Made by a program: the position numbers and the translations under genes
The notes under the pieces: model-generated
What the model saw: only the letters and a program-made list of their open reading frames with translations
The model's database searches: none
What the model was told of the DNA's origin: nothing
Shown here: one piece after another, positions 1 through 9,206 of the stretch
Position numbering within the stretch: position 1 is the stretch's first letter
Layout of the letters: each line of letters begins with the position of its first letter
From: Vicinamibacteria bacterium
Lineage (GTDB): Bacteria; Acidobacteriota; Vicinamibacteria; Marinacidobacterales; Marinacidobacteraceae
Length of the DNA: 64,000 nt
Direction of reading: 5' to 3'
Assembly (NCBI GenBank): GCA_963422395.1
Contig: OY729431.1
Location: 1,792,001-1,856,000, forward strand

Positions 1-348
1 ATCCGGGCAGCGGCCGGGACTCTCTTCCACCACTCCGTCCTCGATCCCGAGGCAGACATAGCGGGTGACCAGCGTGCGGCGGACGAGCTCCATGCCGCAG
101 AGCGGACAACGGCCCTCGTCATGCGCCTGATGGTCGCGGTGCATGGGACAGAGCCAGACGGTATAGGCGTCTCCGGCGGACCCGGTCGGTTCCGTCTGGG
201 CCGGCTTGCTTCCGGAGGGCACCGTCCGGACGGGTGCAGCCGCTGCAGCCGCCAGAGATTCGCAGGCCGAGATGGGCGAAGCAGGTGCGAGCGCCGCGGA
301 GAGCCCGATCAGGAGGCCCGCCGCGAGCCCGAAGCGGTCGCGCAGCAC
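1..348 (-). CDS. Secreted heavy-metal-binding-domain protein (CPMH...GxCPxCGM), runs off the window edge
   Basis: Manual translation from GTG at 348 (absent from the ORF track): signal-like N-terminus MLRDRFGLAAGLLIGLSAALAPA, then YTVWLCPMHRDHQAHDEGRCPLCGMELV and a second partial unit YVCLG...PGRCPD. Confidence 0.8.
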   Translation of the reverse strand, partial: MLRDRFGLAAGLLIGLSAALAPASPISACESLAAAAAAPVRTVPSGSKPAQTEPTGSAGDAYTVWLCPMHRDHQAHDEGRCPLCGMELVRRTLVTRYVCLGIEDGVVEESPGRCPD

Positions 349-401
349 CCCCCGAATCTAGCATCTCGCCGGGAATCGAGCCGATTTCCGGGGATCGGTA
401 G

Positions 402-887
402 TCAGACGGGAGTCCGCGAGAGTTCCGCGACGATTCCGTTCGCGGCACGGACGAGATCGCGGGGGGCGATCAAGATCTCCTCGCCCCACACTCCGGCGCC
501 GACGCCGAGAATCTGTTCTTCGAGGAGCGCCTCGTCGAGGAAGGTCCGGGTTCCCGGCGGCTGCCAGGAGAACGGCGGGATGGAGCCGATCCGGTAGCCG
601 GTGAACTCCAGCACCGCCTCGGGGTTCGCCAGACGGATGTTGCGGTTACCCATCGCCCGCTTCAGGCGCCCGGAGACGACATTCCGATCCCCGCCAACCG
701 CGATCAGCGCCCGCTCCCCGGCCCCCGATTCGAAGATGAGGGTCTTGACCATCTGGCTCTCCCGAAACCCGAGCGCCTGTGCCACCGCCCGGGCGCCCTT
801 GGGAGTAGAGGCCGGAAAGATCCGACGCTCCCAAGGGATCCCGAGCGCGTCGAGATGCCGGTGCGCGGGCAGCGGCGGGCCGTTCAC
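402..887 (-). CDS. YbaK/aminoacyl-tRNA deacylase family protein
   Basis: C-terminal part of ORF 402..1826: MVKTLIF, GYRIGSIPPF, GVGAG motifs. GTG start overlaps the SDR stop (GTGA). Confidence 0.85.
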   Translation of the reverse strand: MNGPPLPAHRHLDALGIPWERRIFPASTPKGARAVAQALGFRESQMVKTLIFESGAGERALIAVGGDRNVVSGRLKRAMGNRNIRLANPEAVLEFTGYRIGSIPPFSWQPPGTRTFLDEALLEEQILGVGAGVWGEEILIAPRDLVRAANGIVAELSRTPV

Positions 888-1777
888 CGGGAAGGTCTGC
901 CGCTCAGACCGCGGCCGACCCACTGCCCCAGGAAGCGGACCGCGGCGCGCGGGAGCAGCCTCGGGACCCAGGGCACGAGGCGCGGCAGGAGCCCCGGATG
1001 GATCACCACCCGGCCCCGAAGCACACCCCGGTAGCCGGCGCGGGCGACCCGGGCCGGATCGGCGAGAGCGAGCCGCCGCAGCCCGGCGATGCTCCGGATG
1101 CCGGCGCGGCTCAGGAACGGCGTATCCACCGGGCCCGGGCAGAGCACGCTCACCGTGACTCCCGACCCGGCGAGCTCGCCGGCGAGGCCCTCGGTGAGAT
1201 GGAGCACGAAGGCCTTGGTAGCGGCGTAGGCGGTGAACCCGAGTCCCGGTACGTACCCGGCGCCCGAGCCCACATTCAGGATCCGCCCTCGGCCCCGTCC
1301 GATCATGCCCGGCAGGTAGAGGTGGCAGAGATCGGCGAGCGCACCCAGGTTCAGCGCGATCATGGCCCGCTGGATCCGAAGCGGGACTTCGGAGAAGGGC
1401 CGGCTCATCCCGAAGCCGGCATTGTTGATGAGGAAGTCCACCTCGATGCCCCGCTCTCCGGTGGCGGCGTGGAGCCTTTCGACGGCCCCCGGCTCGGTGA
1501 GGTCCAGCGGCAGCGGCGCCGCCCGCACCCCGTACTCTCCGCGGATCGCCGCCGCCACCCGATCGAGCCGTTCTCCGTTCCGGGCCACGAGCACCAGATC
1601 CCGGCCGTCGGCGGCGCAGAGCCGCGCCAGTTCGAGACCGATTCCGGTGGAAGCGCCGGTCACGAGCGCCCACCGATCCGCGCGGGAAGCGCCCCGCCGC
1701 TGAAGGCCCGCAGCGTCGGGCGCGTCGGACCCGGGCACGCCTGCCGATGAAGCGGCGAGGCGGGGATCTTTTCCCAT
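884..1777 (-). CDS. Short-chain dehydrogenase/reductase (SDR)
   Basis: TGASTGIG, NNAG, YAATK, LCPGPVDT motifs. Confidence 0.92.
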   Translation of the reverse strand: MGKDPRLAASSAGVPGSDAPDAAGLQRRGASRADRWALVTGASTGIGLELARLCAADGRDLVLVARNGERLDRVAAAIRGEYGVRAAPLPLDLTEPGAVERLHAATGERGIEVDFLINNAGFGMSRPFSEVPLRIQRAMIALNLGALADLCHLYLPGMIGRGRGRILNVGSGAGYVPGLGFTAYAATKAFVLHLTEGLAGELAGSGVTVSVLCPGPVDTPFLSRAGIRSIAGLRRLALADPARVARAGYRGVLRGRVVIHPGLLPRLVPWVPRLLPRAAVRFLGQWVGRGLSGRPSR

Positions 1778-1852
1778 GAGCAGTTAGGGTATCGGGGCGG
1801 AGCTGCCGCGCCGATTTCCGAACCAACCGAGGAAAACCGAACGACCGGAACC

Positions 1853-4093
1853 GTGCCGCCCGCCTCCGAGAAACCCACGCCGCCGCTGATTCCGCGCGAG
1901 CTCTCGCAGCTCGCCTTCAACGCCCGGGTTCTCCAGGAAGCCCGCGACCGGACCGTGCCGCTGCTCGAACGGCTTCGCTTCCTCGGGATCTTCTCGAGCA
2001 ACCAGGACGAGTACTACCGGGTCCATGTAGCCACCCTGCAGCGCCGCCAACGGTTCCGCTCCCATCCGCGGGAACTCGGCGAGAACGACCCCGCCGCCCT
2101 CCTCGCCGAGATCCAGCGTCGAATCCTCCGCGACCAGTCCATCTTCCTCGAGACCTACGCCGGGGTGCTTCAGGAGCTCGAGGACCACGGGATCCACATC
2201 GTCACCGATGCCGATCTCGACGACACCCAGAGCGACTTCGTTCGCGAGTTCTTCACCCACGAAGTGCGCCCGCACCTCACCCCGATCATGCTGCGGCCGA
2301 ACGGCCCGATGCTGCACCTCGACGAGCGGGACATCTACCTCGCAGTGCGGGTGGTCCGCGCCGGCCGCCGCCGGCCCCTCTTCGCCATCGTGGACATCCC
2401 CACCCGGGCGGCCCCGCGTTTCGTGCGGGTTCCAGGAGCCGGGAAATCCAGCACGATCATCCTGCTCGAAGATGTGATCCGCCGCCACCTGCCGGATGTC
2501 TTCTCGATCTTCCGGGCCGAAGCCACGGCGGCGTTCGTGGTCAAGTTGACCCGCGACGCGGGGCTCGATCTCGACCGCAGCCCGAAGGACAGCTTCCTCA
2601 AGAAAGTGGAGAAGAGCGTCTTGCGGCGGCGCACCGCCTCGCTCGTGCGCTTCGTGTACGACGAAGCGATGCCCGCCGACCTCCTCGGCGTGCTCTGCCG
2701 CAGCTTGCGGATCCACGACGAGAGCGTGCTGGTCCCCGGCGGCCGGCATCACAACTTCAAGGACTTCATCGGTTTTCCCAAGCTCCGGAAAGATCTGCGC
2801 TACCGGCCCCGGCCAGCTCTCGGGCTGCCCGAGGTCGATCGAGAACGATCCGTGCTGCGGGCCATGCGGCGGCGAGATCTCCTGATACAGACCCCGTACC
2901 AGCGCTTCTCGTACCTGATCGATCTGCTCCGAGAAGCCGCGATCGATCCCAAGGTCACCCGCATCTCGCTGACCATGTACCGCGTCGCCGGCAATTCCGG
3001 AGTGGTGGGCGCGCTGGTGGCGGCGGCCCGGAACGGAAAGCGGGTTACCGCGGTCGTCGAGCTCACCGCGCGCTTCGACGAGTCCACGAACATCGCGTTC
3101 ACCGATGTCCTCAGCCGCGAGGGCGTTCGGGTGCTCTTCGGGCCCGAGGAACTGAAGATCCACGCCAAGATGGGGCTGATCGAACGGCGCGAGCACGGGC
3201 GGCGGACGCTCTACGGTTTCGTCGGGACCGGCAACCTGAACGAGGACACCGCGCGCCTCTACGCAGATCACTTCCTGCTCACCACCCACGAGGGCATCTG
3301 CCGCGATCTGGCCCGGCTGTTCCGGGTCATCCGCCGCCCCTACGAATCGCGGGAGACGGAGCACCTGCTGGTGTCCCCCTGGACGATGGCGCCGGGCATC
3401 GCCGCCCTGATCCGCGCCGAGACCGAACGCGCCCGCCGCGGGGCGCCGGCCCGGATCGAGGTGAAAGTGAACAACCTGACCGACCCGGAGACCATAGCGC
3501 TCCTGCGCGAAGCGGCCGAGGCCGGCGTCGAGATTCGCCTCATCGTCCGCGGCACCTTCTCCATGCCCACCGACGGACTGGGCCGGAAGACGCCATTGCG
3601 CGCGATATCCATCGTGGACCGCTATCTGGAGCACTCGCGGATCCTGGTGTTCGGAAACGGCGGCGACCCCCTCTATTACGGCTCCTCTGCCGACTGGATG
3701 CCGCGCAACTTCGAGCGGCGGATCGAAATCGCCTTCCCGATCTACGATCCGCGGATCAAGGCGCAGCTCCGCCGCTATCTCGACCTCCAGTGGGCGGACA
3801 ACGCGAAGGCCCGCCTCCACGACGGCCTCGGACGCAACGAGCGGGCTCCGGCAGGGACCCCGAGGCGGGTGGCACAGGAATCCATCTACCGCTGGCTTTT
3901 GGGCGGCGGCGAGGTGGATTGCGCGGAGGCGGCTGGAGGAACCCGGGCCGAGGGAATGGGGACGGCGGCTCAGGAAGCGGCAGTGCTCCCGCTCCCGGTA
4001 GCCGTTCCGCCCTCGGCACCGTCCGATGCGGTCTCCACCCCGCCGCTGAGGAGCAGCGCCCCGAGCGCCCCGCCGCCGTCGAGCCGCGCGTAG
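1853..4093 (+). CDS. ppk1: Polyphosphate kinase 1
   Basis: RELSQLAFNARVL, LERLRFLGIFSSNQDE, ARFDESTNI, KIHAK, GTGNLN, SIVDRYLEHSR, SADWMPRN. Confidence 0.95.
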   Translation: MPPASEKPTPPLIPRELSQLAFNARVLQEARDRTVPLLERLRFLGIFSSNQDEYYRVHVATLQRRQRFRSHPRELGENDPAALLAEIQRRILRDQSIFLETYAGVLQELEDHGIHIVTDADLDDTQSDFVREFFTHEVRPHLTPIMLRPNGPMLHLDERDIYLAVRVVRAGRRRPLFAIVDIPTRAAPRFVRVPGAGKSSTIILLEDVIRRHLPDVFSIFRAEATAAFVVKLTRDAGLDLDRSPKDSFLKKVEKSVLRRRTASLVRFVYDEAMPADLLGVLCRSLRIHDESVLVPGGRHHNFKDFIGFPKLRKDLRYRPRPALGLPEVDRERSVLRAMRRRDLLIQTPYQRFSYLIDLLREAAIDPKVTRISLTMYRVAGNSGVVGALVAAARNGKRVTAVVELTARFDESTNIAFTDVLSREGVRVLFGPEELKIHAKMGLIERREHGRRTLYGFVGTGNLNEDTARLYADHFLLTTHEGICRDLARLFRVIRRPYESRETEHLLVSPWTMAPGIAALIRAETERARRGAPARIEVKVNNLTDPETIALLREAAEAGVEIRLIVRGTFSMPTDGLGRKTPLRAISIVDRYLEHSRILVFGNGGDPLYYGSSADWMPRNFERRIEIAFPIYDPRIKAQLRRYLDLQWADNAKARLHDGLGRNERAPAGTPRRVAQESIYRWLLGGGEVDCAEAAGGTRAEGMGTAAQEAAVLPLPVAVPPSAPSDAVSTPPLRSSAPSAPPPSSRA

Positions 4094-5064
4094 GCCGCTG
4101 CCGCCTCCGAAAGCGGCCAGCGGTGGGTTACGAGGCCGTCGAGCGGAACGCCGCGGAGCAGCGACCAGGCGAGTTCCCGCCTCCGGCCGACACTCCACGA
4201 AGGCTCGAGCGGCGGCAGGCGGCTCACCTGGCTCGACCGGATTCGAATGCGCCCCCGGTGGAACCAGCTGCCGAGGTCGAGAGACGTCGGCCCGCCGGCG
4301 AGCCAGGAGCCGGCGATCACCCGGCCCTCGCGGGCAGCGAGCCCGACCGCCAGATCGAGCCCGGCGCCGGTGCCGGAAACCTCGAACACCAGTTCGGCGC
4401 CCGTCCCGCCGGACTCCTGCCGAACCGCCTCCGCCGCCTCCGCCGGAGGCACCGAGCGGGCGGCTCCGAAGGCGAGAGAACGCTCCCGCCGGGCCGGAGA
4501 CGGCTCGACGGTCCAGAGCCCGCCGAGCGGGAACCGCGAAAGCAGTGAGAGGAGCGCGAGGCCGAGCATCCCCTGCCCCACCACCGCCACTCGCTCGCCG
4601 ATCCGGGGAACTCCGTCGAGAAGCAGGTTCACCGCGGTTTCGAGATAGGGGAAGAGAGCGGCGCGCTCGTCGGAAATCCCGACAGGAACCCGCAGGAGCT
4701 CCCCCGCCGGAGCGCAGAAGGCGCTCTCGTGGGGGGTGAAGGCGAAGACCCGCTCGCCGACGCCGGGCGCACCCTCCGGGATCTCCGGCCCCGAGCCGTC
4801 CACGACCCCCGCTGAGGCGTAGCCATATTGGAAGGGGTATCCGAAGCCGCCCTCCGCGAGCGCACCGAGGGTCTCGTCCCTTCCGAGTGCCGGGTCGAGC
4901 TGTCCGCGGTAGGCGGCGAGTTCGGTCCCGACGCTGATCGCCGAAACGCGCGTGCGCACCCGGAGTTCGCCCGGACCCGGCTCGGGTTCCGGTCCGCGGC
5001 GGACCCGGACCCGGCGGGGGGCCTCGAACCAGACGGAGAGCCGAGGACGGCGCGCATCGGACAC
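3970..5064 (-). CDS. Medium-chain (zinc-binding ADH superfamily) dehydrogenase
   Basis: SAISVGTE, GYASAG, ETAVN, VVGQGMLG Rossmann motif, IRSSQV. Confidence 0.85.
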   Translation of the reverse strand: MSDARRPRLSVWFEAPRRVRVRRGPEPEPGPGELRVRTRVSAISVGTELAAYRGQLDPALGRDETLGALAEGGFGYPFQYGYASAGVVDGSGPEIPEGAPGVGERVFAFTPHESAFCAPAGELLRVPVGISDERAALFPYLETAVNLLLDGVPRIGERVAVVGQGMLGLALLSLLSRFPLGGLWTVEPSPARRERSLAFGAARSVPPAEAAEAVRQESGGTGAELVFEVSGTGAGLDLAVGLAAREGRVIAGSWLAGGPTSLDLGSWFHRGRIRIRSSQVSRLPPLEPSWSVGRRRELAWSLLRGVPLDGLVTHRWPLSEAAAAYARLDGGGALGALLLSGGVETASDGAEGGTATGSGSTAAS

Positions 5065-5069
5065 CGGAA

Positions 5070-5894
5070 TCAGGAGGTGCGCGGTCTACCGCCGACGTGT
5101 TTTCGCCGGTTCGCAGGATTCGGCCTGCCAGCGAAATTCGGAATGCCGGCGAACACCAGATCGTCCTCGAAGCGCGCCCAGGAGAGCCCGGTGAGCTCCA
5201 CCGGCGCCCCCACCCGCGAAAGCGCCGGCTCGCCGCCGACGAGCCGCGGCGCCACCGTGATCACCACCAGATCGGCGAGGCGCTCGGCGAAGAGCGAGGT
5301 CAGCACCTCGCCGCCGCCCTCGACCAGGAGGCGCCGCACTCCCCGCCGATAGAGGGCGCGCATCAGCGTGCAGAGCGGCACCCGGCCGTCCTGGGGCGGG
5401 AAACGGAGCACCCGAACGCCGCGATCTCCGAGGCGCGCCTCCCGATCCGCGGCTGCCTCCGTGATGGCGGCCACCAGCGGCTCCCGACCGGGGCGGCGCC
5501 CTCCTTCCGGCTGCTGGAGCAGCCGGGCGGAAAGCGGGAGGCGGAGCCGGCTGTCGAGCACGACCGGCGCCGGGCTCTCACCAGCAGTGAGCCGCACATC
5601 GAGGCGAGGGTCGTCAGCGAGCACGGTGCCGATGCCGACCAGAATCGCATCGTGGCTGGCCCGGAGGCGGTGCGTCAGGCCGAGAGAGCCCGATCCGCTG
5701 AGCCGGAGCGGTTTCCCAGGATCGGCCGCGATCGAGCCGTCGAGGCTCTCGGCGTAGCTGACGGTGATCGCGGGCTGCCTCGAAAGGGCGCCGGGGAGCT
5801 CGGTGAGTCGGGCGATGAACGCCTGCTGCGCTTGGGAGAGGAGGTCCTCCCAGGCGGAGGCGGCGGGCTTTCCGGGAGCGGCGCCCCCACTCAT
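5070..5894 (-). CDS. RibD C-terminal/dihydrofolate-reductase-like protein
   Basis: SYAESLDGSIA, HRLRASHDAILVGIGTVLADDPRLDVR, LLVEGGGEV; no deaminase domain. Confidence 0.88.
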   Translation of the reverse strand: MSGGAAPGKPAASAWEDLLSQAQQAFIARLTELPGALSRQPAITVSYAESLDGSIAADPGKPLRLSGSGSLGLTHRLRASHDAILVGIGTVLADDPRLDVRLTAGESPAPVVLDSRLRLPLSARLLQQPEGGRRPGREPLVAAITEAAADREARLGDRGVRVLRFPPQDGRVPLCTLMRALYRRGVRRLLVEGGGEVLTSLFAERLADLVVITVAPRLVGGEPALSRVGAPVELTGLSWARFEDDLVFAGIPNFAGRPNPANRRKHVGGRPRTS

Positions 5895-8269
5895 CGGCGG
5901 CCGGCCACCGCCCGCTCCGGATCCGGATCCGGATCCGGATCTGCGGGAGACTGCCGCCGAATTCCGATGTCGTCGAGCACTACCTCTCCGAGGGTCTCGG
6001 GATCGAAGCGGAACTGCACTCCGGTGAGCACCGGGGCGGCGGCCTCCGCGGCTTCCGGGTTATCGGCGGCAGACGGGAGCAGCCGCGCCGCGGGGAACGC
6101 CGGAGCGGCGGCCTCCACAGCTTCCGGAGTTTCGAGGACAGGCGGGAGCAGCCGCGCCGCGGGAATGGCGATGGTCTGCGGAATTTCCTCGACGGTGCGT
6201 CGGTAGCGCTGCCGGTCCATCCGCTCCGATTTGAGAAAGCGGACCTCGAAGGGCGGCTCGGGAGACAGGGCGTCGGCGACGGAGAACTCCCGGCCCTCGC
6301 GGTCTCCGAAGCGGAGCTGCACGGTCATCCCCAGCGGCGGGCGCGTCCAGAAGCCGTCGTCGGGGGGTGGCTCGGGGGCGCGGGGGTTCCAGACCACCGA
6401 GAGCACGAAGTCGTCCTCCGGGGCGAGTTCGACCGGCTCGGCGAGGCCGATCTCGTAGGCCGGTCGGGACCCGCCTCCCTCTCCCGGCGCCACCCGGAGG
6501 CGAACCGCCGAAGTCCCGGCCTTCGAGCCGTCGCGGAAATGGACCTCCTCCTCGCTCCAGCCGGCGAAACCTGACGCGGTGATCGTGGAGCCGGCCGCGG
6601 TCGCAGTGCGCACATCCAGATCCTCTTCGTATCCTGCGAGGATTTCGGTGAGCGAGTCCCGGTACTGGTTCTGGTAGAGCGTCTCGGGCAAGAAGGCGGA
6701 GCCCGCCCGCCAGTCCCGGAGCAGCGGCAGGAAGCGGCGCTCCCCGAGGAGCGTCGCCCGCAGGAAGGCCGAGACATAGACCGCGGCCGCCCGCTGCTGA
6801 TCGGAGGCTGGGATCAGGGGGGCCCGGTTCAGCCACCAGACTCCCGGGAGACCGGAATCCATCCCCCAAGTGGTGTTGAACTGCCCGTGGTTGCCCCGAT
6901 GGAATACCACCCCGGCCTTGATTCGGAACGGAAGCGCCGCCCGCGGCGGCGCCCCGGCCGCGGAAAATCGGGTGCGGTGGAACTGCCGGAGGCCGTGGAA
7001 ACTCGGCTCGTCGGTGTCGTACGAGCCCTGGATCGCCAAGAAGTTGATGTCTTCGAGCACGATGCGCCGCGAATAGCGGCGGTCGATCTGGGCGATGGCG
7101 ACCACCGATTCGATCCCGAACCCGTAGTCGAAAGCGAAGCCGGTGTCGTCGGGGAAGTGATCGAGGGCGTTGAAGGCGGCGGCGATCGCGGCGGCCTCGC
7201 CGCCCCGGGAATGCCCGAGGAGCGCCACCCGGTCGAGGTCGAGCCGGTTGAAGACCGGAGTGCGGGGGTTGCGGTTCCAGTCCCGGAAGAGGCGCAGATG
7301 CTCCAGCAGCAGGATGGCGCGCGCCGGCATCTCGCGGCCGCCGAAGTCGCCGGACCAGGCACCGTTCAGGAAATTCGCGTCCACCGAAGCGGCGGCGATT
7401 CCGTGGCTCGCCAGCAGAGTGGTGAGGTACTCGTAGCCGCCGTCCGAGAAGTCCTGCATCCCGTGGTTCCCGTGGACGATGAGCACCAGCGGGCGGAGAT
7501 CGCCGGCTTCCACCTCGGGCAGCTGGAGCCGTCCGTTTCGAGGCGCTTCGGAGATGCCGAAACCCCACCACCATTCCCGGTGGCGAGCCCGGAAACCCCG
7601 CCATTCCGGCAGTACCGGACCGAGGTCCACCGGGTCGGTCTGGAGGTCCACGCCTTCGCCGTACTCGGCGCGGCGCTCGTCGGCGCCGCTGCCGTAGAGC
7701 AGCGAACGCACCCGGTAGGGGCCGGGCCCTGCGGGATCCTCCGTGAGGGCGACCGGCGGCGGCTGGGGTTGCGCGATCGGGTCGCGGGGGAAGGGATCGC
7801 TTCCCGGACTGGCGAGCCAGCCCAGACCGAACACCGCGGCACCCACTCCCGCAGCCAGCAGCAGCAGGCCCCCGATCCGCGCCGAGCCCCGCTTCCACAA
7901 CGCGAGTCCGAGCCCGGCGCCGAGCAGGAACTGGCCGACGAAGACGACGACGAGCAGGCCCGGCAGCAGCGCCCCCGGCCAGCGCAACAGGATCGCGCGA
8001 AGGAGCCAGAAGCTCGCTCCGGCGGCGAACAGCGTCACCAGCACATCCGCGGACAGCCAGTCGGCGATACGTGCCGCGAGCCGGCCGATGCTCACGAAAA
8101 CGCCCAGCGAGATCCAGCCGAGGGCGATGCCGGCGAGTGCCGGAAGGACCCAGCCGGAAAACGCGCCGAAGGCGACCGCAGCGATCGCATGGAGGACGAG
8201 AACGGCGAGCCCGACGGCGACCGCACCGATCGCCAGATACCGCGTCCGAGTCCTCACCAAAGCCTTCAT
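5891..8269 (-). CDS. Membrane-anchored alpha/beta hydrolase
   Basis: About 5 N-terminal hydrophobic segments, LIVHGNH, nucleophile elbow GHSRGG, GNHGQFN. Confidence 0.8.
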   Translation of the reverse strand: MKALVRTRTRYLAIGAVAVGLAVLVLHAIAAVAFGAFSGWVLPALAGIALGWISLGVFVSIGRLAARIADWLSADVLVTLFAAGASFWLLRAILLRWPGALLPGLLVVVFVGQFLLGAGLGLALWKRGSARIGGLLLLAAGVGAAVFGLGWLASPGSDPFPRDPIAQPQPPPVALTEDPAGPGPYRVRSLLYGSGADERRAEYGEGVDLQTDPVDLGPVLPEWRGFRARHREWWWGFGISEAPRNGRLQLPEVEAGDLRPLVLIVHGNHGMQDFSDGGYEYLTTLLASHGIAAASVDANFLNGAWSGDFGGREMPARAILLLEHLRLFRDWNRNPRTPVFNRLDLDRVALLGHSRGGEAAAIAAAFNALDHFPDDTGFAFDYGFGIESVVAIAQIDRRYSRRIVLEDINFLAIQGSYDTDEPSFHGLRQFHRTRFSAAGAPPRAALPFRIKAGVVFHRGNHGQFNTTWGMDSGLPGVWWLNRAPLIPASDQQRAAAVYVSAFLRATLLGERRFLPLLRDWRAGSAFLPETLYQNQYRDSLTEILAGYEEDLDVRTATAAGSTITASGFAGWSEEEVHFRDGSKAGTSAVRLRVAPGEGGGSRPAYEIGLAEPVELAPEDDFVLSVVWNPRAPEPPPDDGFWTRPPLGMTVQLRFGDREGREFSVADALSPEPPFEVRFLKSERMDRQRYRRTVEEIPQTIAIPAARLLPPVLETPEAVEAAAPAFPAARLLPSAADNPEAAEAAAPVLTGVQFRFDPETLGEVVLDDIGIRRQSPADPDPDPDPERAVAGRR
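5917..5941. repeat. (CCGGAT)x4 microsatellite encoding DPDPDPDP
   Basis: ccggatccggatccggatccggatc seen directly. Confidence 0.85.
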
Positions 8270-8653
8270 TCAGCCGGATCCCCCGCGCAGGTAGGCGTCG
8301 GTTCCGTCCAGCCAGTCCTGCCGGGGAGGAGCGAAGATGTCCACATCGAGGGTGTCCTCGAGCGCGAGAGCCTTGTGGGGCACCCAAGATGGCAGGACGA
8401 GCACCTCGCCGGCCCGGACATCGATCGGTTCGGAGTTCTCGTCGCGGATCCAGAAGCGGAGGACTCCCTCGAGCACATAGGTGATCTGCTCGTTCTCGTG
8501 GGAGTGCATCGGCACCACCGCGCCCTTGTCGAGATAGACATGGGTGAGCATGGCGCGTTCGCCGGTGATCAGCCGCCGGGTGAGCCGGTCGTTCAACCGC
8601 TCTTTTTCCATGTCTTCCCAGCGGATGTGCCGGACCTCGTTCTTGGCAGTCAC
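8270..8653 (-). CDS. Cupin domain protein
   Basis: VPMHSHENEQITYVLEG and PSWVPH cupin motifs, DIFAPPRQDW; GTG start at 8653 chosen. Confidence 0.88.
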   Translation of the reverse strand: MTAKNEVRHIRWEDMEKERLNDRLTRRLITGERAMLTHVYLDKGAVVPMHSHENEQITYVLEGVLRFWIRDENSEPIDVRAGEVLVLPSWVPHKALALEDTLDVDIFAPPRQDWLDGTDAYLRGGSG

Positions 8654-8729
8654 GGGACGCTCCCTTTCCCCCCGAACCGGGCGGAATCCGATGATACCCG
8701 GCGGTGAGGGCTCCGGTGGTGAGGACCGC

Positions 8730-9101
8730 TCAGGTCCAGTAGCCGACGAAGAGGCCGAGAGCGGCACCCACTGCGCCGACGACGGCCGGAAAGGCGGCCA
8801 AAGCGGCGAGCGTTCGCGCCAGGAGTCCCGGAGGGCCGGGCCAGAACAGGACCGCGCCCTGCGTCAGGATCGTGCCGCCGAGGGCAGCCTCGGCGACACT
8901 CGGAAAAGCGCAGAGGGGGCAATCGGGGGGGCCCGGGATCTGGATGTTGCAAAACGCCGCGCCGCCGGCCCCCGCCGACACGCAGCCGCAACCGTAGAGC
9001 AGGGCGCAATACTCGAAGAAGAAGGCGCCCGCCACCGAGGCTGACGCGAGCAGGACTGCGAGCCTCGGCAGGGCCCCGCGAAGGGGGCGAAGCCATTCCA
9101 T
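8730..9101 (-). CDS. Small Cys-rich membrane protein, unknown function
   Basis: Hydrophobic segments flanking CALLYGCGC...CNI...CPLC; TACACT lies 6 nt before the ATG. Confidence 0.7.
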   Translation of the reverse strand: MEWLRPLRGALPRLAVLLASASVAGAFFFEYCALLYGCGCVSAGAGGAAFCNIQIPGPPDCPLCAFPSVAEAALGGTILTQGAVLFWPGPPGLLARTLAALAAFPAVVGAVGAALGLFVGYWT

Positions 9102-9206
9102 TGCCAGAGTGTACGGCGGGCCGGCGGGAGATGAATGGCCGGGTCGGAGCGCCCATCCTCGTCAGCAGCGGGTACCAGGCGGCGGCTCCTCGCATAATTT
9201 CTTTAC

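Noticed and set aside
1784-4198. Long antisense and alternate-frame ORFs (also 6887-8707, 29341-31629, 31626-34523, 48940-50859 and others)
   Set aside because: Shadows of real genes in high-GC DNA; no motifs, and they overlap well-supported CDSs.
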